Positions 34,350 to 46,500 of a stretch of 64,000 bases of DNA are shown here, in pieces. Each line of letters opens with the position of its first letter. Within the stretch, counting starts at the first letter, position 1. This DNA is from a virus. Under the pieces are notes generated by a model. That model did no database searches, was not told the DNA's origin, and worked only from the letters and a program-made list of their open reading frames with translations. The position numbers and the translations under genes were made by a program. The stretch spans positions 1-64,000 of the IMG/VR virus record IMGVR_UViG_3300045970_000065; one strand, given 5' to 3'.

Positions 34350-34826
34350 ATGGCAATCACAAAAGGTGTAAATACCTATGCTACATTAGCCGAGGCTTAT
34401 GAATATCTCAAATATAGGCTGGATACTACACAATGGGATTCAGCAGATGAGCTGCGAAGAGAATCTGCACTTGTCACTGCGACTGATATCATCGATACTC
34501 GGAGATGGGTAGGAACCTTGGTAAGTGAGAGCCAATCATTGGCATTTCCTCGAATTGGCGAGTATTATGATCCGTTCTCTGGATACATAGTCAAATTATC
34601 AACAACTATTCCCACCAGGATCTTCGAGGCTACATGCGAATTAGCGTATCATCTATTACTTAATGAGGATGTAAGTAATGATGTAGGCACTGTTGAGAAT
34701 GTACAAATAGGTTCCGTAACCTTGAGTAATGTCAAAAATGCGGATATTATGCCATCACTAGTGGTTCAAAAATTACGGCCACTTATGGCTAATGGTGGAG
34801 CATATTCATGGTGGAGGGCTAACTAG
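34350..34826 (+). CDS. Head-tail adaptor / connector protein
   Basis: N-terminal TLAEAYEYLKYRL ... W ... ALVTATDIID ... WVG ... QSLAFPR pattern typical of gp6/DnaT-like head-tail connectors as I recall; position after MCP. Confidence 0.55.
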   Translation: MAITKGVNTYATLAEAYEYLKYRLDTTQWDSADELRRESALVTATDIIDTRRWVGTLVSESQSLAFPRIGEYYDPFSGYIVKLSTTIPTRIFEATCELAYHLLLNEDVSNDVGTVENVQIGSVTLSNVKNADIMPSLVVQKLRPLMANGGAYSWWRAN

Positions 34827-35176
34827 TGAATTATCCGAAATTAGCTCAGAAAAGTGTTCGCAGAGCGTTTACCATTCTAAAAAGTTTGGCTGTAGATGTA
34901 ACTCTTTCTCTGAAGACGAACACTACATTCAGTTTCGATACAGGTGATACAACATCGAACATTACGATAATCTCTACAAAGGCTATCGTAGTCGACACTG
35001 AAAAACGCTCTAAGGATCGAAACACAATCACACAACAATTGATTCTAAATACAGAACTCGTTGGTGAACTTTCCCTATACGACACTTTGCTTCTTAAAGG
35101 TGTTACCTGGACAATAGGTTCACCAATCGCTACAGATGGCTTCGTAACATTGATTGATATTTATCGGGAGGCATGA
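34826..35176 (+). CDS. Head-tail joining protein (positional)
   Basis: ORF track (GTG start overlapping previous stop). Confidence 0.45.
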   Translation: MNYPKLAQKSVRRAFTILKSLAVDVTLSLKTNTTFSFDTGDTTSNITIISTKAIVVDTEKRSKDRNTITQQLILNTELVGELSLYDTLLLKGVTWTIGSPIATDGFVTLIDIYREA

Positions 35177-35177
35177 T

Positions 35178-35576
35178 ATGGGAAAATATGTTAATCTGCA
35201 GGATGATATTTTCTCGGTATTCAGTAAGCCTCAATGGATAGCGGAAGGTATTAAGACAATACCTGTTAATTTCGCTATCACCACTAATGAATACATTCGA
35301 ATAAATTGCGTAGCTAGTGATAGTTCAGTTAATAAGACATCAGTCCGCGGATTACTGATGATTGATATTTTTACTGAAGCTGGTAAAGGTCCGAAGAGAA
35401 GTAATGTTATTTCAGACAAATTGGATACATATCTTCAATTCAAATCAATATCTACAGTACAGGGAAATGTAACACAATTTCAAAACAGTACGCTAAATGT
35501 AGGAAAAATAGATAGTGACAATCCGTCATTATTTAGAGTAACATATCAAATCACTTTCAACTTCTACGGGGTATAA
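35178..35576 (+). CDS. Tail completion / terminator-like protein (positional)
   Basis: ATG 35178 (in frame with track ORF 35154..35576), two nt after previous stop. Confidence 0.45.
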   Translation: MGKYVNLQDDIFSVFSKPQWIAEGIKTIPVNFAITTNEYIRINCVASDSSVNKTSVRGLLMIDIFTEAGKGPKRSNVISDKLDTYLQFKSISTVQGNVTQFQNSTLNVGKIDSDNPSLFRVTYQITFNFYGV

Positions 35577-35581
35577 TAAAA

Positions 35582-36193
35582 ATGGCACATATTAACTCAA
35601 TCGGCGCAGGTATGTACTCTCGGTTGGACATCGCTTTCGGCGTAGTCGCTTCCGGAAAACCTGGAACCATCAGTCTTCCTGCAACTCCTGACGCTATCAC
35701 CAACTGGCAAACACTGTTTGCGAATTCAGCTACTTTTCCGTCTGGTGGAATTGCCGGTTCTTTCTGTCAGGTAAAAGACGTTCGTGAATTTCCTGCAATG
35801 GGTGTTCCTCCGAATATCGTCAACGTTCCTGTTTTTGGTCAGCCTACTTCGCAGCAGGTTCAGGGTCAGGCCGATGCGCCGTCCATGGAACTCACCGTCA
35901 ACTATGTTGCAACCGACTTCGCGAAGGATACTACTGATACCACCGTCACTCTTGGCGAACTGGTAGGTTGTGGTATTACCATGGCTTTCCGGTTTACTCT
36001 GCTCAATACTGATCCGGGTTCCGTAAAGGTTTGTTCTACTGGAACTGATAAGTTCGTTGAGAATAACTCTTCTTACTACTGGATTGGTAAGATTGAGGCT
36101 CTCGTCGTCAATCCTCAGCTTACCGATGCGAATACCGCAACGTTGACTATCTCCCTCCAGTCCAAACTGTATGGGGCCTTCACTACGATTTAA
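35582..36193 (+). CDS. Major tail tube protein
   Basis: 203 aa, G+C-rich codon usage; immediately upstream of hairpin and G/GT chaperone genes. Confidence 0.6.
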   Translation: MAHINSIGAGMYSRLDIAFGVVASGKPGTISLPATPDAITNWQTLFANSATFPSGGIAGSFCQVKDVREFPAMGVPPNIVNVPVFGQPTSQQVQGQADAPSMELTVNYVATDFAKDTTDTTVTLGELVGCGITMAFRFTLLNTDPGSVKVCSTGTDKFVENNSSYYWIGKIEALVVNPQLTDANTATLTISLQSKLYGAFTTI

Positions 36194-36204
36194 TCCATCA
36201 TACA

Positions 36205-36234
36205 GGCTGCAATAGTGTAAAAGCTATTGTAGCC
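36205..36234 (+). terminator. Hairpin after tube gene (attenuator or stability element; no U tract)
   Basis: GGCTGCAATAG (36205..36215) pairs with CTATTGTAGCC (36224..36234), including one G-U. Confidence 0.35.
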
Positions 36235-36250
36235 AACTGAGGTTTCGTAA

Positions 36251-36502
36251 ATGCCAAAAAATCCATTTGATATGGATTATGTATTGAAGATAACTTCCGA
36301 TCACATGCGAAAGAGTATTGACATCTCGATAAAGAAAACCTTTGCGAGATTTCCTGAATTTCTTAGCAATCCCGAGAAGTCAATAGAACTTTTCAATACA
36401 CTATCTGTACTACACAGAATGAGGAAGAATATCGATGCCTTCCAAGTCACAAACATTAGGGACTTTAAAGGTCCCGTCACTGAGGAGTGTCAAAATGGCT
36501 GA
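36251..36502 (+). CDS. Hypothetical protein
   Basis: ORF track, 83 aa. Confidence 0.45.
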   Translation: MPKNPFDMDYVLKITSDHMRKSIDISIKKTFARFPEFLSNPEKSIELFNTLSVLHRMRKNIDAFQVTNIRDFKGPVTEECQNG

Positions 36503-36803
36503 TGCAGGAATCAGAGGGCTTGTCGGAAAACGCATGGAAAAGAAAGTTCGTTTCATGGATGCCGACGTGAAGATTACGAAGTTGAGTGTAGCCGAAGTTC
36601 TTGAGATTCAAGAAAAGGCGAAGACTATCAACGAAGACACCGAGGGTTTTGCAATCCTCAAGACAGTTATTCGATCAGCTGTTGAGGGAGCTGACGAGAT
36701 TACTGATGAGGAATTCAACAAATTTCCTCTGGACGAATTGTCCAAACTCTCCGATGAGATAATGAAATACTCTGGTATCGGCGGTGAGAAGGCGGGAAAG
36801 TAA
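36495..36803 (+). CDS. Tail assembly chaperone G
   Basis: ATG 36495 (in frame with track ORF 36435..36803); acidic 102-aa protein; ends ...GGEKAGK with slippery GGGAAAG just before the stop. Confidence 0.75.
   Translation: MADAGIRGLVGKRMEKKVRFMDADVKITKLSVAEVLEIQEKAKTINEDTEGFAILKTVIRSAVEGADEITDEEFNKFPLDELSKLSDEIMKYSGIGGEKAGK
36794..36800 (+). promoter_or_regulatory. Programmed -1 ribosomal frameshift site (G GGA AAG)
   Basis: Heptamer GGGAAAG in X XXY YYZ phase relative to the G frame. The -1 frame is open from 36788 and continues into ORF 36806..37147. Same heptamer as the lambda G/GT site. Confidence 0.75.
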
Positions 36804-37147
36804 TATTGTCAGATGAAGAGATGTCTATTTTTGAGATAGCTTTTCATCTGAAAATGTCTGTTGCTCAATTGAAACTAATGCCTTATGATGAGTTATTGGG
36901 CTGGATGAATTATTTTGAGAGACGGCCAATAGGTTGGCGTGATGATGATCGTACGTTCAAATTGTTACAAGTACAAGGTTGTAAAGAGAAACCTGAAAGG
37001 GTCTTTAGCAGTCTAGGTGCAATTAAACATGCTGAACAAGAAGCTCGCAAAATGCCAAACGGAATGATCAGTATGAGTAATCTCAAGAATTCAGCTTTAT
37101 TCCAGAAGATAATGCAAGCTGAAGGTGGAGAGAGAATTCCTCTATGA
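36800..37147 (+). CDS. T-domain extension of tail assembly chaperone GT (made by -1 frameshift from 36495..36800)
   Basis: Track ORF 36806..37147 has only a TTG start, no SD, and is in the -1 frame. YDELLGWMNYFERRPIGWRDDDRTFKLL resembles the lambda gpT-type domain. Confidence 0.7.
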   Translation, partial: VILSDEEMSIFEIAFHLKMSVAQLKLMPYDELLGWMNYFERRPIGWRDDDRTFKLLQVQGCKEKPERVFSSLGAIKHAEQEARKMPNGMISMSNLKNSALFQKIMQAEGGERIPL

Positions 37148-37452
37148 TTAAAATAACAGGCGTAAAAAGCACTATGCAACAGTTGAAAGAGAGTGTTTCT
37201 AAGCACGAAGCTTTTATTTTTAAAACTGAATTGCATAAAGTGTTACGTGATTTACAAGAAGCAACTCCTGTAGATACAGGTAAGGCAAGAGACGGATGGC
37301 ATATCCATCGTAGTTCTATTGAGAACGATGTACCTTATGTACAACAACTGAACGAAGGATCATCCAAACAAGCTCCTGCTCACTTTATCGAAGGCGTCAT
37401 TATTAGCAATCCGAATCTAATAGTGAAAGGTACAATCGTTCGGGACAAATAA
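37144..37452 (+). CDS. HK97 gp10-family tail/neck component
   Basis: ATPVDTGKARDGWHI matches the PVDTG..R..W signature of the gp10 family. Confidence 0.6.
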   Translation: MIKITGVKSTMQQLKESVSKHEAFIFKTELHKVLRDLQEATPVDTGKARDGWHIHRSSIENDVPYVQQLNEGSSKQAPAHFIEGVIISNPNLIVKGTIVRDK

Positions 37453-37456
37453 AATC

Positions 37457-37493
37457 GCCCGCTATTTCAGAGTTATTCTCTGTAGTAGCGGGC
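37457..37493 (+). terminator. Long hairpin (terminator/attenuator candidate)
   Basis: GCCCGCTA (37457..37464) pairs with TAGCGGGC (37486..37493); inner CAGAG/CTCTG; followed by TTTAAAC. Confidence 0.5.
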
Positions 37494-37509
37494 TTTAAAC
37501 GAGGTCAAC

Positions 37510-40500
37510 ATGTCGATCGGAATAGAGTTTGAAACCAGATCAGACAAGGCCCAAAAAGACCTAAATGCTATTAATAATTCTTTGAAAAATATAGAGAATA
37601 CGACAGGAAAAGCTTCTGCAGCATTAGGGAACGCCTTTAGAGCCTTAGGAGCGATGGCTACAATAGGCGGTACGGCCTTGTATCTGAAGAATGTGTCGAC
37701 GCAATTTTCAGAACTATCGAATAAGATAGCCGTGGTAACAGGTAGAACAAATGCGCTTGTAAAGACGCAAAAAGAGTTGTACGCAATAGCTACAAAGACA
37801 GGTTCTTCATTAAGTAGTGTAGCTGAGACATTTGGCTCCTTTGGGCGATCTACAAAGAATATGGATATACCTTTACGGAAGTTGTTAACCGTAACTGAAA
37901 CTATCCAAAAGGCTTTGACACTTACAGGTTCTAATAATGAATCTGGAGCGCAAGCACTATTTCAGCTAGGTCAGGGTTTAGCTTCAGGTACATTGAGAGG
38001 ACAAGAATTAAACTCTGTCCTCGAACAAGCACCTCGTATTGCACAAGCTATATCTGATGAACTTGGTGTAACATTAGGTCAATTGCGTTCAATGGGCGAG
38101 GCTGGTAAGATAACATCTAAAGTTGTCTTTAGTGCAATGCTCAATCAGACTAAGAAAATTAATGAAGAGTTTAAAGATATCAACTTCACTATATCTCAAA
38201 CGATGGGAAGCTTAAGTGATGCTGTTAAAATCTTTGTAAGTGAACTTGACAAGGGTTTGGGAATATCTTCCGGTCTAGGTAATACTTTCTTTAAAATGGC
38301 AAATCACATTAGGCTTGCAAGTGATGGTGCAGCTGAGATGGGATATAATTTCAAAGAAAGTTTTAAGACAATGAAAGCTAATGTTGCGCTTATAGCTGGT
38401 CCTATGTTGAGTATTATTCGAAAATTAGGCTCTCAATTACTTACTGCAATGCCTACACATATATTTCATAGAACATTGATAAAGGACTGGAATGCAGGAT
38501 TAGCGGCACTTGATCGTTCTACAGGCGGTTGGCTTCAAAAGTGGAAACTGTTTAAGTTCTCAGATATCATTCGAATAGAATCCCCGATTGAAGTTGCTTT
38601 AAGAAAATTAAGGAGGCTAAGCAATCCTAACAAGCAAGTCGGCGGTTTCTTGAATGTGAAATTTGATTCGAAGAGACTACATGATTATAGCAGATTGTTA
38701 GGTGATTTAGCAGATGCTACTGGTAAGAACTCAAGCACTCTTGGTGTAACATTAACTACAATGATGTTAAAAGTAGACCATGCGTTTAGAAATGTATTCC
38801 ATTATTTCTCTCGTAATAAATTTACTTTTACATTTAATAAGGGTAATATTGAAGGTTTCTTGATGTCTCTTTCTGAGATGACAAGAGGTATTACTGGCGT
38901 TCATAGAGGCTGGTTAGACTTTAAAACGCACATTGTTACTATATTCGCACCTGCGATATATTCATTAGGTATTGCCTTCAAAGATGTCTCTAAAGCCATT
39001 CCTACGTACCTCGATTATCTAAAGAAAAGTGCTATTGAGTTTTATGATATCTTTATCAGAAACTTCAAAGGTATTGCAGCTGAGTTGATTCGAGTATCAA
39101 CTGTCTGGCGTTCAGCGTTTGTATCAATGCTGATGGCATTCTATGAGTTTGAAAAATCTATCTGGGATAAAACAGGGCTTTCAGATTATCTTAAATGGGA
39201 ATTGAAACTTACCAAAGAACTACTCTCTAAAATTACAAATGCTTTTGTAACTTCTGATTTTGGTTCAGCAGCTATACGCGTCTTTAAAAATACTGTAAAG
39301 GCTATTGAGAAACTTTACACTGATCTGCATAAAGTTTTTGATAAGAAAATGCACAGAGTCAACTTTTCTAGTGTGGCCGATTCATTTGATGACTTCTTTA
39401 ATAATTTAAAACATGTTAATGATAAGACCAAAGGTATCTCTAAAATATTCAGAGTACTAGAAGAACGTTTAGTACTTGCGAGACACAGAATCGTAGATGC
39501 TTTCAGTTCGCTATATAGTGATCTTCAAAAGGCTTTGAATAAACCATTTCGTGCAATCGATTTTGGAGATGTATTGGCAAGTCTTACGATGTTTCTGAAT
39601 AGGATTTATCATGCATTCGATAAGAATAAACCTTTCACCGATAGTTTAAGCAGTATTAAGAAATTTGCAAAAGGTGTTATAAATGAATTCTATACAATAT
39701 GGGATAAAGTAATAGGACACTCATATTGGACGGATACCATTGAATCAATAAAGAAAACATCACGCGATTTGGCTTCGAGTGTCGGCCCCGTTCTTGCAAG
39801 TTTCGGTGACAAGGTAATAGGTGTCTTTCGAAAGGTACATGCACAGGTTGATAGTATTCTAACGCGAGTTAAGAATAAACTAGCTGATGTGTTTGATAAG
39901 AATAATATCGTTCTGCCAACTTTCAAGATAGATAAGAAACTTGACTTTAAAACCAATTTTAATAATATCATAAAAGACTTCAAGAACAGTTTTGTTATTA
40001 TATCGCATGAATTACCTGAGATCTTTAAAGTAGCTTTGGCAAGTATGGCGGCCATGGTTGTAATGATGCTCGTACCGCCTGGTAAATTAAAAATAGCGTT
40101 ACTTTCTGAGTTTCTTAGTACTGTGGCCGTTAGTGGGACTATAGTTGCTGAAGCTTTTGGTAAGGCTTTAACTGGTGGAAGTCTTGTTTATACAGTAGGA
40201 CGAGCCTTCGGTAGATTAGTAGGTATTATTGTTGGATCAGTTATTTACGATATACCTTTCATCTTAAATTCAGTATTGGGACTTATTGCCGGTTTCGGAC
40301 GAGGTCTAGCTGAAGAGCTTACAATGCAATGGGGTTCCTTTGGTAAGATGATTCAGAAAGTTATTAAAGCTGCTTTTAGTGTAAGCGATGTTGTTGGCGG
40401 TATGGCAACTGGTACACTAGGTCTTTTAGGTGCTTATCTATTCGGGACATCCGTACTAAAAGTATTATCAGCGCTTGGTATCTACAAGAAAGAGATCAAA

Positions 40501-43500
40501 GGTATTGGTGGAATATTTACTAGTCTTGCTAGTGTTATTATGGGTACTAGTAAGAATCCTGGTTTTGTTGAACGTATGCTGTTTGGCAGAATGGGTGTAA
40601 TGAAATCACTATCTTTGATAGGTCTTGTAGCGCAATATGCAGGTGTCTTTGATTCTGTCGTTGGTGAAGCAACTACTATGAACGGTGCGGCGCTAACTAC
40701 AGCATTATTTGCTGGTCTATGGAAAGGCGATAAGATAGTAGAAGGCTTTAAGACTAAGATAATTAATCCTATTATTCTTGCAGTAAAGGGATTACTTAGC
40801 AAGATGAATGCACTACTTGGTGGCCAGAGTCTTCCTGTAGCTTTGTTCAGTCCAACTGGACCTAATATGAGTACGTTTGCTGCTTTAAGTGCGATATACA
40901 ATACAGGTCTTACGTTAGTAGCGGATAAAATACGACCGTATGCCGCTAAAGTTTCAGCATCTATTATGGGTGCATTATTTGGTAGCAATGCGCAATTAAA
41001 TCGGCAAATGATGTGGTGGGAGATTAAAGACGCTTTCACAGAAGTGTGGGCATCTATAAAAGGAATGTTCGCAGGTAGTGGTGGAGGAGGTTTATTTAGT
41101 AGTGTACGAACACAATTGACAACCTTTTTCACTTGGGCAGGTGGATTGTTTACAAAATTTACATCGTTTATAGGTAACCTCTTTGGCACTCAAGGATTAC
41201 TTCCTAGAATCTTTATGGGGATAGGTGGTAAGACTGCTGTTAAAGCTGCTATTTATGCAGGTATTGCAGCAGCGGTATTAGCAGTAGGTAGTGTTGCTTT
41301 CGGTGCTGAAGATAAGCCTGTTAAGACACATGCAGATACAGTCAACGAACGTCTAGATAAAGCAAAAGAGAAGAAGAACTATTGGAGACCTTATCCTATA
41401 AATCAGGATGTAGAAACATGGGTTAGTAACAATCCTATTAAGACTGCACTTGCATTTGCAACAGCTGCTCTTGGTGCGTTCGTTGCATTATCTTCAAAGG
41501 CCAGAGCTGCTATTACTAACGCTTTTGCCAATGGCTTACCTTCCGCTAATATGCAAAATTTTGCTAAAGGTTTCGCTGTCGTTGGATCAATGGCTGCCGC
41601 TTTCTTCTTAGGAAATTTCCTTGCCAAATTTACAGGTAATGAAGATATGGCAATGGAATTTGGTCTGATGGCTACAATGCTTGTTGGTTCCATGGCTAGC
41701 TCAATATCGAAAGCCGTTCCAGGTCTTCTCAAAAGTGTTGGAGGATTTCTTGCGACTGAACTTCTAATCGGAACTCTCAGTATTCCTGTATGGATCGCTG
41801 GTACATTAGCCGCGATAGCTGCAGCAGGTGTCGGTGCTCTTGGAATATTCTTGTTCGGGAAAGAAGGTGACTTTGGTAAGGATTTCAAGAATTTAACTAA
41901 GCGTGTAAAGAACTGGGTTACACAAACAAATGAAAAGGATATTAAGTCTAGTATTACTGGACTCACACAAGGTCAGAATAAATCTGCTAGAGAGTTAGGG
42001 ATTGATTTAGAGTTCGATGTGAGTACCATAGATACTAAAAAATTGTCTAAAGTTGAAAAAGAAAAACTTACGACTCTTGAGACCGAATTCGGAAAAGTGA
42101 TTGACTCGGCTAAATTTGAGAAGATAATTAAAGGGCGATTAGAAGGTGCAACACTTATCGCTATTGAATCAAAATATGATGAACTTAAGAAGTATGTTGA
42201 TTTCTTAGGTAAGTCTGATTTCAATTTTATAGATAGTCTTAAATCTACTGATACTATGAATCCTACTTCTAAAGCGGATAGATTCAGTTATTGGCTTAAA
42301 GAAATACGTCTTAAACGATCTTATAATCTTCAAATGGATGAGTTGGAATTACAACGGTCAGGTATCGAGCGTTATCATCAGCTGAACAGTCTTGAGAGTT
42401 CAGAGAAGTATGCTGAAAAGATGGCTAGAATAAACATGAAGATTTCCGATCTAATGAAACAAAAAGACACCGACTATAGCGCATACAAGAGAGGTACTAC
42501 TCCGCAAGAACAACGTGTAGCATATAAAGCTTTTAGCTTAAAAGATGCTACTATGCCTTCGAGTATGGCTGATAATTATGATAAACAGTCAAGACGTGTA
42601 GCTACTCTTCGTTATGAACGTAATCAATCTGAGCAATTAGGCAACAACTTCGCCGAACTTCCTCAACGTAATCTTAAAGAAATAGATAAAGATCTTACTG
42701 AAGCAATGGATAGCTGGGAACGTCTAGCAGATCGTGTAAATACATATCAACTACATCTAAATGACGTAGATATATTTACAAAGAGTGTTGCTAATATGGC
42801 TTCTACTTTCAAAGAAGCTGGTGTAGCGTTTGAAGAAAACGCTGTATTTGCCAAAGATGGTGCAGCATATGAGCGTATTAAAATGCTACAAGGTGAAGCC
42901 ACAGTTCTTGCTAGTGATCTTAAAAATGCTAAATCTATAGCTGATAAACAAACCATTTTCTGGAGACAGGAAGTAATAACAAATGAAATTGTGAGAATTA
43001 AATTAGAAGCGGATACAACTAGTCCGTTTAGAAAACAATTTTTACTTGCAGATATTACTGGTGCAGCAGATATGCTTGAAGGTATTTCAAAGAAGACTTT
43101 TGAGACTCTTTCAGATGATGCATCCAAGGCACTCTTTGATCAGGTAACAAAAATCAGAGTTGCTCAGAAAGCGTTAGAAATTCTTCCTGAGCAAGATCCT
43201 AATAAGATTCTTACAGCGCAAGCGGATATTCTTGAAAAGGTTGTTAAACTTGAGAAAGAATTAACGGGGCTTCGTAAGAAACGTTTGGAATCTGCAGCAG
43301 GAAGTGGTTATTTTGATTCTAGACAAGCAACTCCTGAAGATGTTTATAATGGACGTTTAGGGAGTCTCTTTGGTAGTCAACCTGAAGCTACGGATAAACA
43401 ACGTGCTGATGCTATTGCCCAAAAAGAAATCGAAAGAAAAATATGGGTGGAAGCTGGTAGAAAACAATTTGTTTATAATGAAGGCAAACCTGAGACGATT

Positions 43501-46500
43501 CAAGCCGACTACAAAGCTGCTGTGGATAAGATTCAGCAAGATAAATGGACTGCAAATAATCTACTATATTCTGGATTACGAGATCAGAAAAATGGTTATG
43601 GCCTTAAAGAACTAGCAGCAAATGTTGGCACTGATTTGCCTGCAATGATTCGTACATATGGTACACAGATTGATGTGCTTACAGAGAAACTAATTGAGAT
43701 GAATAAGAAGAAGAATGATATAGACTTCTTCTTGAGTCAGAATATGTTTACTGAGGCAAATACTAATGCTAAATATCTCGAGCAATTTGCGAAAGATGCT
43801 AATAGACAAGCTGATACATTATCGAACGTGGTTAGTACGGCCACATCTTTTAATGGTAACTCCATAAGTGAAGCTAATATAGAGAATATGGATCCTAAAA
43901 TACTCTCAGGGCTTTATGAGCAAGTACACAATTTTAATATTGCGTTTGATAGAGAATTAGGATCTGGTGGAGCTGCTATTGCAGATTATCTAAAGAAACG
44001 AAAGGCAATAAGTAAAAAGATATCTGATGCTGATTATGCAGCTACGAATACAGAGGACCCTAATACTAGATACCGCCTATTAACCGACATGGGATTGGCA
44101 CCTAATCAAATAGCTCGAATGGAACCACTTGTAAGAACTAATATAGCTCAATTACAAAAGGTTGCAAAGAAGGCTATCGATGATAGAGCTAAAGGCCACT
44201 GGAGAGGTGGCGATAAGAAATATGACGATGTTGTAAGAGCGCCTGGCGATGCGATGCGTGCGTATAGTATTGAAGAGAAAGCTACTATACCTTCTCTCCA
44301 GCAACAAAATCTTGTCGATGCCGGTTTAACAATGAGGGAAACTCTTAGAGTTTCTGATAATCTAAAAGAACAATTCATTGAGGTTACTTCAGCTAAGCAA
44401 CGAATGGATGATGCCTTTGCAGAAAATCCTACGAATGTTGATCCGACTGAAAAGGCAAACGTATATCTTCGTTATGAACAAGTATTTAATCGTGTCAAGG
44501 ACAGTGTAAAGACATTCATGGATAAGTTGGCAGACTTGAATGATACACTTGGAATAAATATCTCTGATAAGAATTTCATGGGATTAGGAGCGATTGGAGA
44601 TAAACTTGTCGATATTGTATACACTGTCAAATCACGTATGGCAGAACTTCTTAAAGATAAGCCTAAAGAACTCTTTGAGACTATGACTAAGTTCAAAGTA
44701 TTAGGCACACGTTTTCAATTCATTGAAGACCTATCTACACTGCTGGCTGATGCTATGACTCAAAGTGTTGCTAAAGGGTTTGATAATGCTGGCAAATATA
44801 TGGCAGATTTTGATTTTACAGAATTCTCTAAACTTGATTCTGGTTTCCAAAAGGAATTGAAAGGCAGATCAACCAATTCAGAGATTGTGGATAAAGTAAA
44901 GAATTTGAATATGGGTGAAGCAGATAAGCAGAATCCTGTATGGCAACAGATATTGGAAGCTTATAAGCATCCTATGGATTACGCTAATGAAAAATATATA
45001 GCAGGTCTTGCACAGTCTTCTGAGTTTCTTCAGAAATATCTTGCAGATGCTGTACCAATGCAAGAGCAATTGGTGAATAGTAATAACCTCCTACGAGGAG
45101 CTATTGACTGGTTGACTCAGACTATTACTAAATCGTTCCCAACACTATTTGATCAATCTGATACGCTGACTGATGGTCAGGGTTACGCTACAGGTGGTCG
45201 TGTAAGTGGTAGAGGTACAGGTACTTCAGATTCTATTAATGCTAAGTTGTCTAATGGTGAGTTTGTAGTCAATGCTGATTCTACTAAGAAGTATCGACCA
45301 CTTATAGATGCCATTAATAGTGGGAATATCACTGGATTTGCAGGAGGTCGCAATCCATATTCCTTGGATAAACCTGTAGGGAGCATGAGCTCTAAATACA
45401 ATCGTTGGGATAATAGTACGTCTAGAAAACTCTTAGAACAGAATATATTTGAAGAGGCGCGTACAACTTTAGCTGAATTGAAAGGTTTGGATATCAGTAA
45501 ACTTAAGGGTGCGGCTTTTGATAATTATGCAACTAAGATATCGACCTTCCAACAGGATCTGGTAACAGCACTTAATGGTAATTTTCATGAAATAGCTGGT
45601 TTTAATGATTATGGTTTTGATCCGAGTACTAAATCAATTTACGGTGCATCGTTAAAAGATTCAATAAATGCCAAGAATACATTGATGTCTAATTTTCATG
45701 AAATAGGTCATTTTATAGACCAAACAGCTAAGCAGACTACTTTCATAGAGAAGAATCCTAATCCGAGTAGTTGGACAACTAAACAGAAATCTAATTTTGA
45801 TAAATTAACCAATCTGAATAGTAGAAATACATTCGATGGAATATTTAAGAGTGAGAGTACAGCTAATCGATTTGCAGAAGATCTTTATTCAGCTATACAT
45901 CCTGAAATACCTCTTGATAAATCTTTCCTGGGTAATTCCTTCGATACCTACGAGGCTGTATTTAGACAGCAATCTCCGAATGCCACTGCAGCAGATATTC
46001 TAGCTGGCGAACAGTTGCAGCGAAAGAGTCTTTATCGTGTAGCTGAATTATCTCGTATACCTGATGCTAATATCGTAAGTCGCATGAGTATGGATAAAGT
46101 TAGTGAGCATTATAAAGATATTTTCAGTGGTGAACGTATGCAACACTCTGATACAATATTCGGCCAAGGTAAATTGGCGGATGATGTGTTAGATAATTAT
46201 ATTAAGACAGGCACTTTGAATGATGCTAACGTAATGTCCTTAGATCTTAGACCTAAGAATTTAACTGAAGACTTCTCTAAGTTGTTGAGACAAGAAGTTG
46301 CGCCTAATGCTTATGACTATCTCACAGAAGGCAGCGTTGGTAAGTTACCGCGCGCAATAAGAAATGCAATGGTGGATGTATCAAATAGTGATATTGTAAA
46401 TAAACTGTACGATGCAAAGGGTAAACTCACAGCTTCTTCTGTGTTCTCTAGTATGGATGATGGTAATCTTTTTGAATTAGGAAAAGGTTATCCGTTTGGA

